Positions 1 to 6,331 of a stretch of 42,364 nt of DNA are shown in pieces. The notes beneath the pieces are model-generated. The model was given only the letters and a program-made list of their open reading frames with translations, was not told the origin of the DNA and did not search any database. Position 1 is the stretch's first letter; each line of letters opens with the position of its first letter. The stretch spans positions 1 to 42,364 of IMG/VR virus record IMGVR_UViG_3300020160_000949. One strand, 5' to 3'. A program made the position numbers and the translations under genes. The DNA is from a virus.

Positions 1-99
1 ATCACCAAAGACAAGTACGGTTACCCCCTAATTTAATGGCAAACCAACACACAACAGTTAAGAAGTACGACCACCTACGCAATGAAATAGAACAGGAAC
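1..99. repeat. Terminal direct repeat, identical to 42266-42364; circular-assembly overlap or terminal redundancy. It carries the 3' end of the endolysin CDS and the 5' end of the 36..1178 CDS
   Basis: Compared base by base: ATCACCAAAGACAAGTACGG...GAACAGGAAC occurs at both window ends with an offset of 42265. Confidence 0.97.
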
Positions 100-1178
100 T
101 ACTTAACGGGGGTTCTTATCGTGGGATTGCGGATAAGTTGATTAAGAAACATAACCTGCCGACCGATAAAGAAAAGTTCCGAATAGAAGTTCGCAGGGTC
201 GCTAAGAGAATACAGCACCCCGCATTAGCCGAACAATGCGAAACGGTTGGAATCCCGATAGATGATGTTAAGCACTATTGGCACAAGGGCAAGCACTTTT
301 CGGTATTCGTCAAGGGTAAACAGACTCCGTACGAGGAAATCCGTAACAGCATCATTGAGGAGATAAGGGGACATGCTCCGAAATACAAGCGGATAAAACA
401 CACACGATCCGATGAATCGCATTTGTTAGTTATTGACCCTGCCGATATTCACCTGAACAAATTATGTTCCGCATTTGAAACTGGTGATGAGGCGAACCAC
501 AACATTATCTACCAACGGGTGTTAGATGGCGTACAAGGCATCATAAACAAGTCACAGGGCTATAAAATTGACCAGATACTATTCGTGGCAGGTAATGACA
601 TACTCCATGTTGATAGCCCGAAAAACACGACTACAAGTGGCACAGCGCAAGACGTTAGCATGATGTGGTATGATGCGTTCACGATGGCACGCAGATTAAT
701 GGTTGACTGCATCGAACTATTGCTACCGATTGCGCCCGTACATTTTCAGTACAATCCATCGAATCACGACTATGTTCATGGGTTTTTCTTAGCACAGACG
801 TTACAGGCATGGTTTAACAAGTGCGAACAGGTGACGTTTGACGTTAGTATCGCCCATCGAAAGTACTACACATACGGCGAGAATCTTATCGGCACAACGC
901 ATGGGGATGGCGCAAAGGAATCCGATTTAGCCCTGTTAATGGCACATGAGGCGGCTGAATCATGGGCGAAATGTAAGCATCGGTACTACTATACGCACCA
1001 CATCCACCATAAGAAGTCTAAAGACTATATGAGCGTTTGTGTCGAATCGTTACGCAGCCCATCGGGTACGGATTCATGGCATCATAGGAACGGGTATCAG
1101 CACGCACCGAAAGCTATTGAGGCGTTTATCCACAGTAAGCGACACGGGCAAATTTCGAGGTTGACTAACTTGTTTTAA
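36..1178 (+). CDS. Metallophosphoesterase-like protein (calcineurin-type motif pattern) with a basic N-terminal region
   Basis: Ordered motifs IDPADIH, VAGNDILH, GTTHGDG and YTHHIHH resemble DxH / GD / GNH / GHxH phosphoesterase signatures. The start overlaps the endolysin stop (TAATG) across the circular junction. Confidence 0.45.
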   Translation: MANQHTTVKKYDHLRNEIEQELLNGGSYRGIADKLIKKHNLPTDKEKFRIEVRRVAKRIQHPALAEQCETVGIPIDDVKHYWHKGKHFSVFVKGKQTPYEEIRNSIIEEIRGHAPKYKRIKHTRSDESHLLVIDPADIHLNKLCSAFETGDEANHNIIYQRVLDGVQGIINKSQGYKIDQILFVAGNDILHVDSPKNTTTSGTAQDVSMMWYDAFTMARRLMVDCIELLLPIAPVHFQYNPSNHDYVHGFFLAQTLQAWFNKCEQVTFDVSIAHRKYYTYGENLIGTTHGDGAKESDLALLMAHEAAESWAKCKHRYYYTHHIHHKKSKDYMSVCVESLRSPSGTDSWHHRNGYQHAPKAIEAFIHSKRHGQISRLTNLF

Positions 1179-1188
1179 AACCCATCGC

Positions 1189-1317
1189 CTAAGAATAAGC
1201 AACGGGTATATTCACAGTTAAAACAATCTTAGCCCCACACTCGCCGCACCTGTCACTTAGCCGTATATCTTGCTCATTGCCACATGTGCAGGTGGCGTAG
1301 ATTTCGTGGTTGTTCAT
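1189..1317 (-). CDS. Small zinc-ribbon protein (42 aa), below the ORF-track cutoff
   Basis: Hand translation MNNHEIYATCTCGNEQDIRLSDRCGECGAKIVLTVNIPVAYS with CxC...CxxC. ATGA overlap with the upstream gene. Confidence 0.5.
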   Translation of the reverse strand: MNNHEIYATCTCGNEQDIRLSDRCGECGAKIVLTVNIPVAYS

Positions 1318-1484
1318 TTCGCTTTAGTTATTAATGCCCCCAATAAAAACCCCCCCACCGCAACAAGCAACCGTAACGGCATAGACCACAATTCGGGATT
1401 GAACCCGCTGTGAACCGATGCGGATAGGTAGAGTAGCGTGAATGGGGTGAGGTAGTATAACCCGTTAGTAAGTGTCTTTCTCAT
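1314..1484 (-). CDS. Small membrane protein (56 aa, about 2 TM)
   Basis: Hand translation MRKTLTNGLYYLTPFTLLYLSASVHSGFNPELWSMPLRLLVAVGGFLLGALITKAK. Start and stop overlap the neighbouring genes. Confidence 0.5.
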   Translation of the reverse strand: MRKTLTNGLYYLTPFTLLYLSASVHSGFNPELWSMPLRLLVAVGGFLLGALITKAK

Positions 1485-1611
1485 AATCAATACATTTTAT
1501 CACGACCACACCAAGACCCCAGCACACGACCCGCAACCAGTCCGTTGCAATGCAGCCCGCTAAGATAATCAATGCAGCGCAGATGAATAAGAGGGTACGT
1601 ATCATAGCCAT
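1465..1611 (-). CDS. Small lipoprotein or membrane protein (48 aa)
   Basis: Hand translation MAMIRTLLFICAALIILAGCIATDWLRVVCWGLGVVVIKCIDYEKDTY. LAGC lipobox. Overlaps the stop of 1602..1814 by 10 nt. Confidence 0.45.
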   Translation of the reverse strand: MAMIRTLLFICAALIILAGCIATDWLRVVCWGLGVVVIKCIDYEKDTY

Positions 1612-1814
1612 TTAGGGGGTTTAATTTTAGGGGGGTTAGGCTTATTGGTTGCTCCTTGAAATGTAGCAATATAAAACCCTAATGAAATTGGGAAAATAAG
1701 GCCGCAAATAAACCTATCATATACATTCTCCCATGTTCGTTCTTTAAAGTCTTTATGAAACTTTAGCCCGAAAAACGTTGCCAAAAATCCTGTGGCGTAA
1801 AATATTACTATCAT
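1602..1814 (-). CDS. Small membrane protein (70 aa)
   Basis: ORF-track entry with hydrophobic segments (IVIFYATGFLATFF, FICGLIFPISLGFYIATF). ATGA-type overlap with 1811..2293. Confidence 0.55.
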   Translation of the reverse strand: MIVIFYATGFLATFFGLKFHKDFKERTWENVYDRFICGLIFPISLGFYIATFQGATNKPNPPKIKPPKWL

Positions 1815-2293
1815 AAATTATACTTTTTATTCCAGTTATCAATAGCCACTTCATCAGGCACGTTAACCGATACCTGAATGTGTGTGTTTCGTGCTACCCT
1901 GACCATCTTAACCGATGCAGGGTCAATATTGCGGGTCGGCATCGCCTTAACCGCTTTTTTCGGTTCTTTCGGACTTGGCATAGTCTTGTATTTTCGTTCT
2001 GTTATTCTACCCGATGGAATCCACTTGCCATCTACTTTAGTTTCTCTGTATTGTACGCCTCGTTTCGTGCGTATCTTAACCGTTCCATCAGGCAGTGTAA
2101 AGTTACGTTTCGGTATCGGGTCGCCTGCTTTACGCCACGTACAAAGGTAGTAAGCTAATGTGTTCTGTTTGCAGCCGAGTTCAGCCGCTATGTCCTTACA
2201 TAGTGCGCCATCGGATAGTCGCTGCATCACGTATGGTTTCGCCTTAGCCCATACGATTAGTCCTTGTTTGTTGCGGAGGTCGGTTAGTGACAT
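1811..2293 (-). CDS. Helix-turn-helix DNA-binding protein
   Basis: N-terminal DIAAELGCKQNTLAYYLCTWRKAG looks like an HTH; the C-terminus is basic. Lies in the minus-strand operon. Confidence 0.5.
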   Translation of the reverse strand: MSLTDLRNKQGLIVWAKAKPYVMQRLSDGALCKDIAAELGCKQNTLAYYLCTWRKAGDPIPKRNFTLPDGTVKIRTKRGVQYRETKVDGKWIPSGRITERKYKTMPSPKEPKKAVKAMPTRNIDPASVKMVRVARNTHIQVSVNVPDEVAIDNWNKKYNL

Positions 2294-2568
2294 GAGTCAT
2301 ATTGTTTCAGGTAAACAATAGCATCATATACAGCATCTACAAGGTCGGTGAAACTATCACTATCAAATGCGTTATATATCGCATCTCCTAAGCGTTTATA
2401 GGCGTTTACTGCATCTTCTTTCGGTTCGATTTTGTCATGAAATTCAGAGCGTATCTTTTTTATGACCTGATGTAGTGCGTTGAGGTCGGTGAGGTAGTTG
2501 GGGGACACCCACATATCATCTTCAGCCCACCCGTCAAATTCTGCGATTTCTTTAGTTTTTTCGTTCAT
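2284..2568 (-). CDS. Hypothetical protein (94 aa; start trimmed to MNEKTKEIAEF)
   Basis: The longer 143-aa ORF has a Pro/Ser-rich, non-protein-like N-terminus that overlaps 2552..2794. The internal ATG at 2568 leaves only a compact 17-nt overlap. Confidence 0.55.
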   Translation of the reverse strand: MNEKTKEIAEFDGWAEDDMWVSPNYLTDLNALHQVIKKIRSEFHDKIEPKEDAVNAYKRLGDAIYNAFDSDSFTDLVDAVYDAIVYLKQYDSCH

Positions 2569-2794
2569 TGTTGTATGTTTTAGTGTAGTAATCATTGAAG
2601 TTCTGTGATAATCCGCATCTGCCGTCAATCCACGCATCTTTAAACTCTTTCCGCTCATATTCAAGGTTGGCGGTGAGGATGTTCTTGGCGGTGATGTAGG
2701 CATACATAGCCTCAATATTACCTCTTTCGACCATTTCTTTTATCATTGCCTCAATCTCGGCTATGCTCTTTTGTAGTGGTGTTTGGTTGCTCAT
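2552..2794 (-). CDS. Hypothetical protein (80 aa)
   Basis: ORF in the operon series; ATGA overlap with 2791..3123. Confidence 0.55.
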   Translation of the reverse strand: MSNQTPLQKSIAEIEAMIKEMVERGNIEAMYAYITAKNILTANLEYERKEFKDAWIDGRCGLSQNFNDYYTKTYNNERKN

Positions 2795-3123
2795 GATTCT
2801 AAATTTTCAGGTAAAATTATGTCTTGGATTGCTTGCTCAATAGTAGGGTGTCGAGTGGAGTACCCTCCATCACGTTGTCGTTGCCAAATGCATATTTTGA
2901 GCATTCCTGGGCCAGACGGTTTTATTTCCACACGCACAGCATATTTATGAGCCATTAGAACGAGTTTAGTAAGCCCCGAAAAATCATAGGTGGCAAATAT
3001 ACTTTGGTAAGCATTAACGCACCACCCACTGCCGTGAGGTTTAATTTCGTTCCCTATGCGATACTCTCCTCCAAACAATATGGAGAAAAAATTAGTTGCT
3101 GTTTCTTTTGTCATTTTTATCAT
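2791..3123 (-). CDS. Hypothetical protein (110 aa)
   Basis: ORF with 4-nt overlaps on both sides. Confidence 0.6.
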   Translation of the reverse strand: MIKMTKETATNFFSILFGGEYRIGNEIKPHGSGWCVNAYQSIFATYDFSGLTKLVLMAHKYAVRVEIKPSGPGMLKICIWQRQRDGGYSTRHPTIEQAIQDIILPENLES

Positions 3124-3452
3124 AATACCTCAATTATGGCGTGGCGGCCTGTGATGGAATGGTGTTGAAGAAATGTCTGAAAAGAATTAAGAGCTGTGTC
3201 TAGAGCAGGTCTAACTTTCCCCGTAACAGATTCGAACCCGTAAAACTTAAAACATTTTTCAATACCTAATGTGCTTTTTACTTTCTCTACTATCTCCGTT
3301 GCCTGTTCTTCCGTGACCGTGTCGGTTGTGGCGATGAATATTTTTCCGTTTATAAGGTGTTCTGATATTTCAGCTATTACCTGCGACCTGCTTGCTTTTA
3401 CCGGCACTTCCACAAAAAGCAGCGTGCGGTTGTTAGTTGTTATGGTTTTCAT
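3120..3452 (-). CDS. Hypothetical protein (110 aa)
   Basis: ORF with 4-nt overlaps on both sides. Confidence 0.6.
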   Translation of the reverse strand: MKTITTNNRTLLFVEVPVKASRSQVIAEISEHLINGKIFIATTDTVTEEQATEIVEKVKSTLGIEKCFKFYGFESVTGKVRPALDTALNSFQTFLQHHSITGRHAIIEVL

Positions 3453-3769
3453 TTTAAATAGATTGTGGTTTTTGAATAGTATGTCTTGATGCGTTTACGG
3501 TCTTGAAAAATGTACAATTCATTTTCCGAGTGAAATATGCACTGATATCCGCTATCTACTTTCTTGTAGTTGCAGACAGACCATACATTGTCACCGCCCC
3601 AAGCGTCTATATCTACACCGTTTCTATCAGTGATAGAAATTTTCGAGTTCTTAAACAAAGCAACCGTGTCGGTGGCTAATCTTTTTAATGCCCAATGAAA
3701 TGATGAGTCAACGTTTTGCGCTGTGGCTGTGGTTGACAGTAGTAGTGCAATTACAATAAGTGCTTTCAT
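3449..3769 (-). CDS. Secreted protein with a cleavable signal peptide
   Basis: N-terminus MKALIVIALLLSTTATAQ. Its first ~24 nt are nearly identical to the start of the adjacent 3766..3963 gene. Confidence 0.6.
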   Translation of the reverse strand: MKALIVIALLLSTTATAQNVDSSFHWALKRLATDTVALFKNSKISITDRNGVDIDAWGGDNVWSVCNYKKVDSGYQCIFHSENELYIFQDRKRIKTYYSKTTIYLK

Positions 3770-3963
3770 TTTATTGTGTTTTTAAGTTTAGGTGACTGTG
3801 AGTGGATAGAACCAACGCCTACAAACGAGCTGCCTGAACCTGTTTCTATTGAATGAGGCGTGTCGCATGTTCCGACAATATCTATCGGTGGCTTATAAAC
3901 CTTAACGCGTTTGTTGCACGAACACATAAGTGTGGCGGCTGCAATTACAATTAGTGCTTTCAT
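3766..3963 (-). CDS. Small lipoprotein (65 aa)
   Basis: N-terminus MKALIVIAAATLMCSCNK (signal peptide plus Cys). Confidence 0.55.
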   Translation of the reverse strand: MKALIVIAAATLMCSCNKRVKVYKPPIDIVGTCDTPHSIETGSGSSFVGVGSIHSQSPKLKNTIK

Positions 3964-3973
3964 AACAAAATAA

Positions 3974-4032
3974 AGCCCCGACCTGTGCTAAAGATGTGAT
4001 GTCAGTCAACTACGCAGCAGCAGGTACGGGGC
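3974..4032 (-). terminator. Intrinsic-terminator-like long hairpin, interleaved with a second 12-bp inverted repeat
   Basis: On the minus strand GCCCCGTACCTG pairs with CAGGTCGGGGC, followed by TTTATTTT immediately before the ATG at 3963. Confidence 0.5.
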
Positions 4033-4099
4033 AATGATTTAAGTTTCATAAATAGTTGACTGACGATGTAAAAGTAGTGAATTATTTGGATTGTGCAAA

Positions 4100-4396
4100 T
4101 TAATGTTTGTAGGCGGATTCTATTGCGGCAAGTATGATGCCACCGATAACAACTGCATACAGTCCCCACATAATGCGCCACCACCATTTTTCCTTTCCTT
4201 TATGTACCGCTATTTCAGATACAAGTTCGTCTCTGTTTGCAGTTATTTGCTCAATGGTTGACATAGATGCAGTAATGGCTTTCCCGTCTTTCATCGTTAC
4301 CACATAGCAATACCCGTCCCTGTGTTCTGTTATTGGCGATATGCTGTGTAGTTTATCTGCGTCAACGCATATTCCGTGTGATGTAGTTATTTTCAT
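4100..4396 (-). CDS. Tail-anchored membrane protein (98 aa)
   Basis: C-terminal WWWRIMWGLYAVVIGGIILAAI TM segment. Confidence 0.55.
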   Translation of the reverse strand: MKITTSHGICVDADKLHSISPITEHRDGYCYVVTMKDGKAITASMSTIEQITANRDELVSEIAVHKGKEKWWWRIMWGLYAVVIGGIILAAIESAYKH

Positions 4397-4435
4397 CTTT
4401 ATCCCCTCTCCTGTGGGGTGTTTTAAGTTAGTTAG

Positions 4436-4534
4436 CGGGTGCGACAGGACTCGAACCTGTAACGATTTTAGCAGACCATTGTAATGCTGTCTTAGTTCTC
4501 ACTGTGTTGCGTCTACCAATTCCGCCACGCACCC
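4436..4534 (-). tRNA. tRNA-like gene, 99 nt. Acceptor, D and T arms are canonical; the anticodon/variable region is non-canonical and the anticodon is not assignable by eye
   Basis: Minus strand: GGGTGCG-TG-GCGGAATTGGTAGACGC ... ACAGG-TTCGAGT-CCTGT-CGCACCC-G. The acceptor is a perfect 7 bp, the D arm is Leu/type-II-like, and the T loop is GTTCGAGTC. No CCA is encoded. Confidence 0.6.
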
Positions 4535-4540
4535 GACCTG

Positions 4541-4843
4541 TTATTTCTTTTCCGTTGGCAACTTCAACAAGTCCTCCGATGATAGGTAGTGGGTGTAGCC
4601 TACGGACAGTAGTGCTTGTCCTGACATCGGAGGGTGTGATAGTGTCCGTACAAAGTCTGTTACTATTTTATCGTAGTAGTTGTCACTCGGATTTATCCTG
4701 CGCCACATCGGCTGTGACTGTTGGGCGTGGTTGAAGCCCTCAATGAATGAGTATTTGGCGGTTTCCTGTTGACCTGCATCTGCTTTCATTGCATGGTCGT
4801 GGGCTATCTGTTCTACTGTCTTACCTGCGTTTTTGTTTTGCAT
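4541..4843 (-). CDS. Hypothetical protein (100 aa)
   Basis: ORF ends 7 nt upstream of the 5' end of the tRNA-like gene. Confidence 0.55.
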   Translation of the reverse strand: MQNKNAGKTVEQIAHDHAMKADAGQQETAKYSFIEGFNHAQQSQPMWRRINPSDNYYDKIVTDFVRTLSHPPMSGQALLSVGYTHYLSSEDLLKLPTEKK

Positions 4844-4936
4844 TTTGTATCATTTTTAGATGTGAGTAAAATAATACTAATAGGTCATGCTTCTTAGCCC
4901 TTCGAGTTGGGGCGGGTAGTGTGAATAGTTTGAGTG

Positions 4937-5299
4937 TCATGATTCAATGATTTTGCCAAGTGAAATAATAAATACGTCCTTGCCTGTTGGCGCACCCCAT
5001 TCAGGATTGCCACGCCCAATTCTGATACCATTACATTCGATTGTGAACGTAGGCGATGTGGGTGAATAGCCGTTAGTGAATTTGATGTGGGTGAATGATT
5101 TGAATGGACACTTGAGCACATACCCAGCAAGCACACACGCGATAGTATCCTCAATGTTCTCAAACTCCCATGAGGTTGTAGGTTTTATGTCAAATAAGCG
5201 CGTCATCCAATACGGCTTTATTTCCCTGTATTCTTCGGTTTTCTCACCGCTACGGATCATGTCGAACCATTGCTTTTTAAGTGTTAGATGTAGTGTCAT
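4937..5299 (-). CDS. ASCH (PUA-like) domain protein
   Basis: N-terminus LTLKKQWFDMIRSGEKTEEYREIKPYW matches the typical ASCH opening (W/F-D-x-I-x-SG-xK-T-x-E-x-R), and the size of about 120 aa fits. Confidence 0.65.
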   Translation of the reverse strand: MTLHLTLKKQWFDMIRSGEKTEEYREIKPYWMTRLFDIKPTTSWEFENIEDTIACVLAGYVLKCPFKSFTHIKFTNGYSPTSPTFTIECNGIRIGRGNPEWGAPTGKDVFIISLGKIIES

Positions 5300-5486
5300 T
5301 TCCTTTGCTTTTTAGTTGGTTTGCGGCTGATTGCCATGCTGATTCTTCGGTTGTGTCAGAGAAAGAATTAAGGCGTGGCGATAAATACCATGCCCTGTAA
5401 ATTCGTATGAAATAACATTCAAATTCCTCCGAGCGTTGACACCATGCATCTGGATACACCTTAAGTACTTGCTCTTTCGCTGTCAT
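5277..5486 (-). CDS. Hypothetical protein (69 aa)
   Basis: ORF in the operon series. Confidence 0.5.
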   Translation of the reverse strand: MTAKEQVLKVYPDAWCQRSEEFECYFIRIYRAWYLSPRLNSFSDTTEESAWQSAANQLKSKGNDTTSNT

Positions 5487-5932
5487 AGGTCGATGTTGAT
5501 TTGGGTGATGGGGATGGGGTTGTCGCCAAATAATTCACTAAAAGTAGCGTAAGTGCCTTTTTTCACCATTAATCTCGTATCGCAGTTTTCTATCGGCATA
5601 GCCTCTTGAACAGCATTTGCTGGCACCCCTATCTTCCCCACCACCTCTCTCAACTTCTCATTAGTGCCGCAATCTATGCAGCAGTCGGTCTTTATCAGGT
5701 CGCTAAGGTTGTACATCTCCCTCGACTGCTGTTCTGTTGTGTTGATTGTTACTTTCATTGGTTTAGTTACTTTAATTGTTACAGGATGAACGGAATACCC
5801 GTCCCTTACAAGTGAACCCCACGGTTTGTCTGCTATTGTGCAAGCCCATGAAATTGAATCTAATTGCGTTTGTTTTAACGTTTCCCATTGCGGCTCTTTG
5901 CCGAGGTAAACCATGTGCATTTGTTTTTCCAT
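5483..5932 (-). CDS. Hypothetical protein (149 aa)
   Basis: ORF with a 4-nt overlap with the downstream gene. Confidence 0.6.
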   Translation of the reverse strand: MEKQMHMVYLGKEPQWETLKQTQLDSISWACTIADKPWGSLVRDGYSVHPVTIKVTKPMKVTINTTEQQSREMYNLSDLIKTDCCIDCGTNEKLREVVGKIGVPANAVQEAMPIENCDTRLMVKKGTYATFSELFGDNPIPITQINIDL

Positions 5933-5943
5933 TGCTTTGGTTT

Positions 5944-6135
5944 TTAATCGTTAAGAATAGTATTTAGTGCATCACGTAGGCGGGTGGCGGCTTGGTGGGT
6001 TATGCCGATTCGCTCACGTCTTCCATCTATCAATACAATGTCGATAAATTCGTCTTTATCTATGGCGGGTCGAATAAATAGCTCATGCCTTACATCCGTT
6101 TCCTCCTGAATGACTATCGGTTCAAAGTGTTTCAT
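5944..6135 (-). CDS. Hypothetical protein (63 aa)
   Basis: ORF in the operon series. Confidence 0.5.
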   Translation of the reverse strand: MKHFEPIVIQEETDVRHELFIRPAIDKDEFIDIVLIDGRRERIGITHQAATRLRDALNTILND

Positions 6136-6331
6136 ATCCTTTCGATTCTATAAAATTAACAATGTCGTTTACCGTGGTTAGCGCATGGATATTTTGTACC
6201 GCTAATATGCACTTTACTACATCACGCTCGTACATGCCTAATCCTAGGTCAAATAGCGTCATTTCAGGGCGTATCTCATCTATCAGGCTAATGTCAGATA
6301 GTACTTCTATTACTTTGTCAAGTGTGGTCAT
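6122..6331 (-). CDS. Acyl-carrier-protein-like small protein lacking the phosphopantetheine serine
   Basis: LFDLGLGMYERDVVKCILAVQNI...LTTVNDIVNFI aligns by eye with E. coli ACP [23 protein letters not shown]...ITTVQAAIDYI. The DSL Ser position is Met. Confidence 0.4.
   Translation of the reverse strand: MTTLDKVIEVLSDISLIDEIRPEMTLFDLGLGMYERDVVKCILAVQNIHALTTVNDIVNFIESKGYETL

Noticed and set aside
1487-1669. 60-aa minus-strand ORF from the track
   Set aside because: It overlaps two hand-found small genes that have overlapping start/stop junctions and membrane-protein-like sequence. Its own translation has no start context and spans two better-supported genes.
4436-4534. tRNA-Sec or an attP fragment of a host tRNA
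   Set aside because: No UCA anticodon and no 6-bp D stem, so it is not Sec-like. Both acceptor strands are present and there is no integrase in the genome, so an attP remnant is unlikely. It is kept as an atypical tRNA-like gene.
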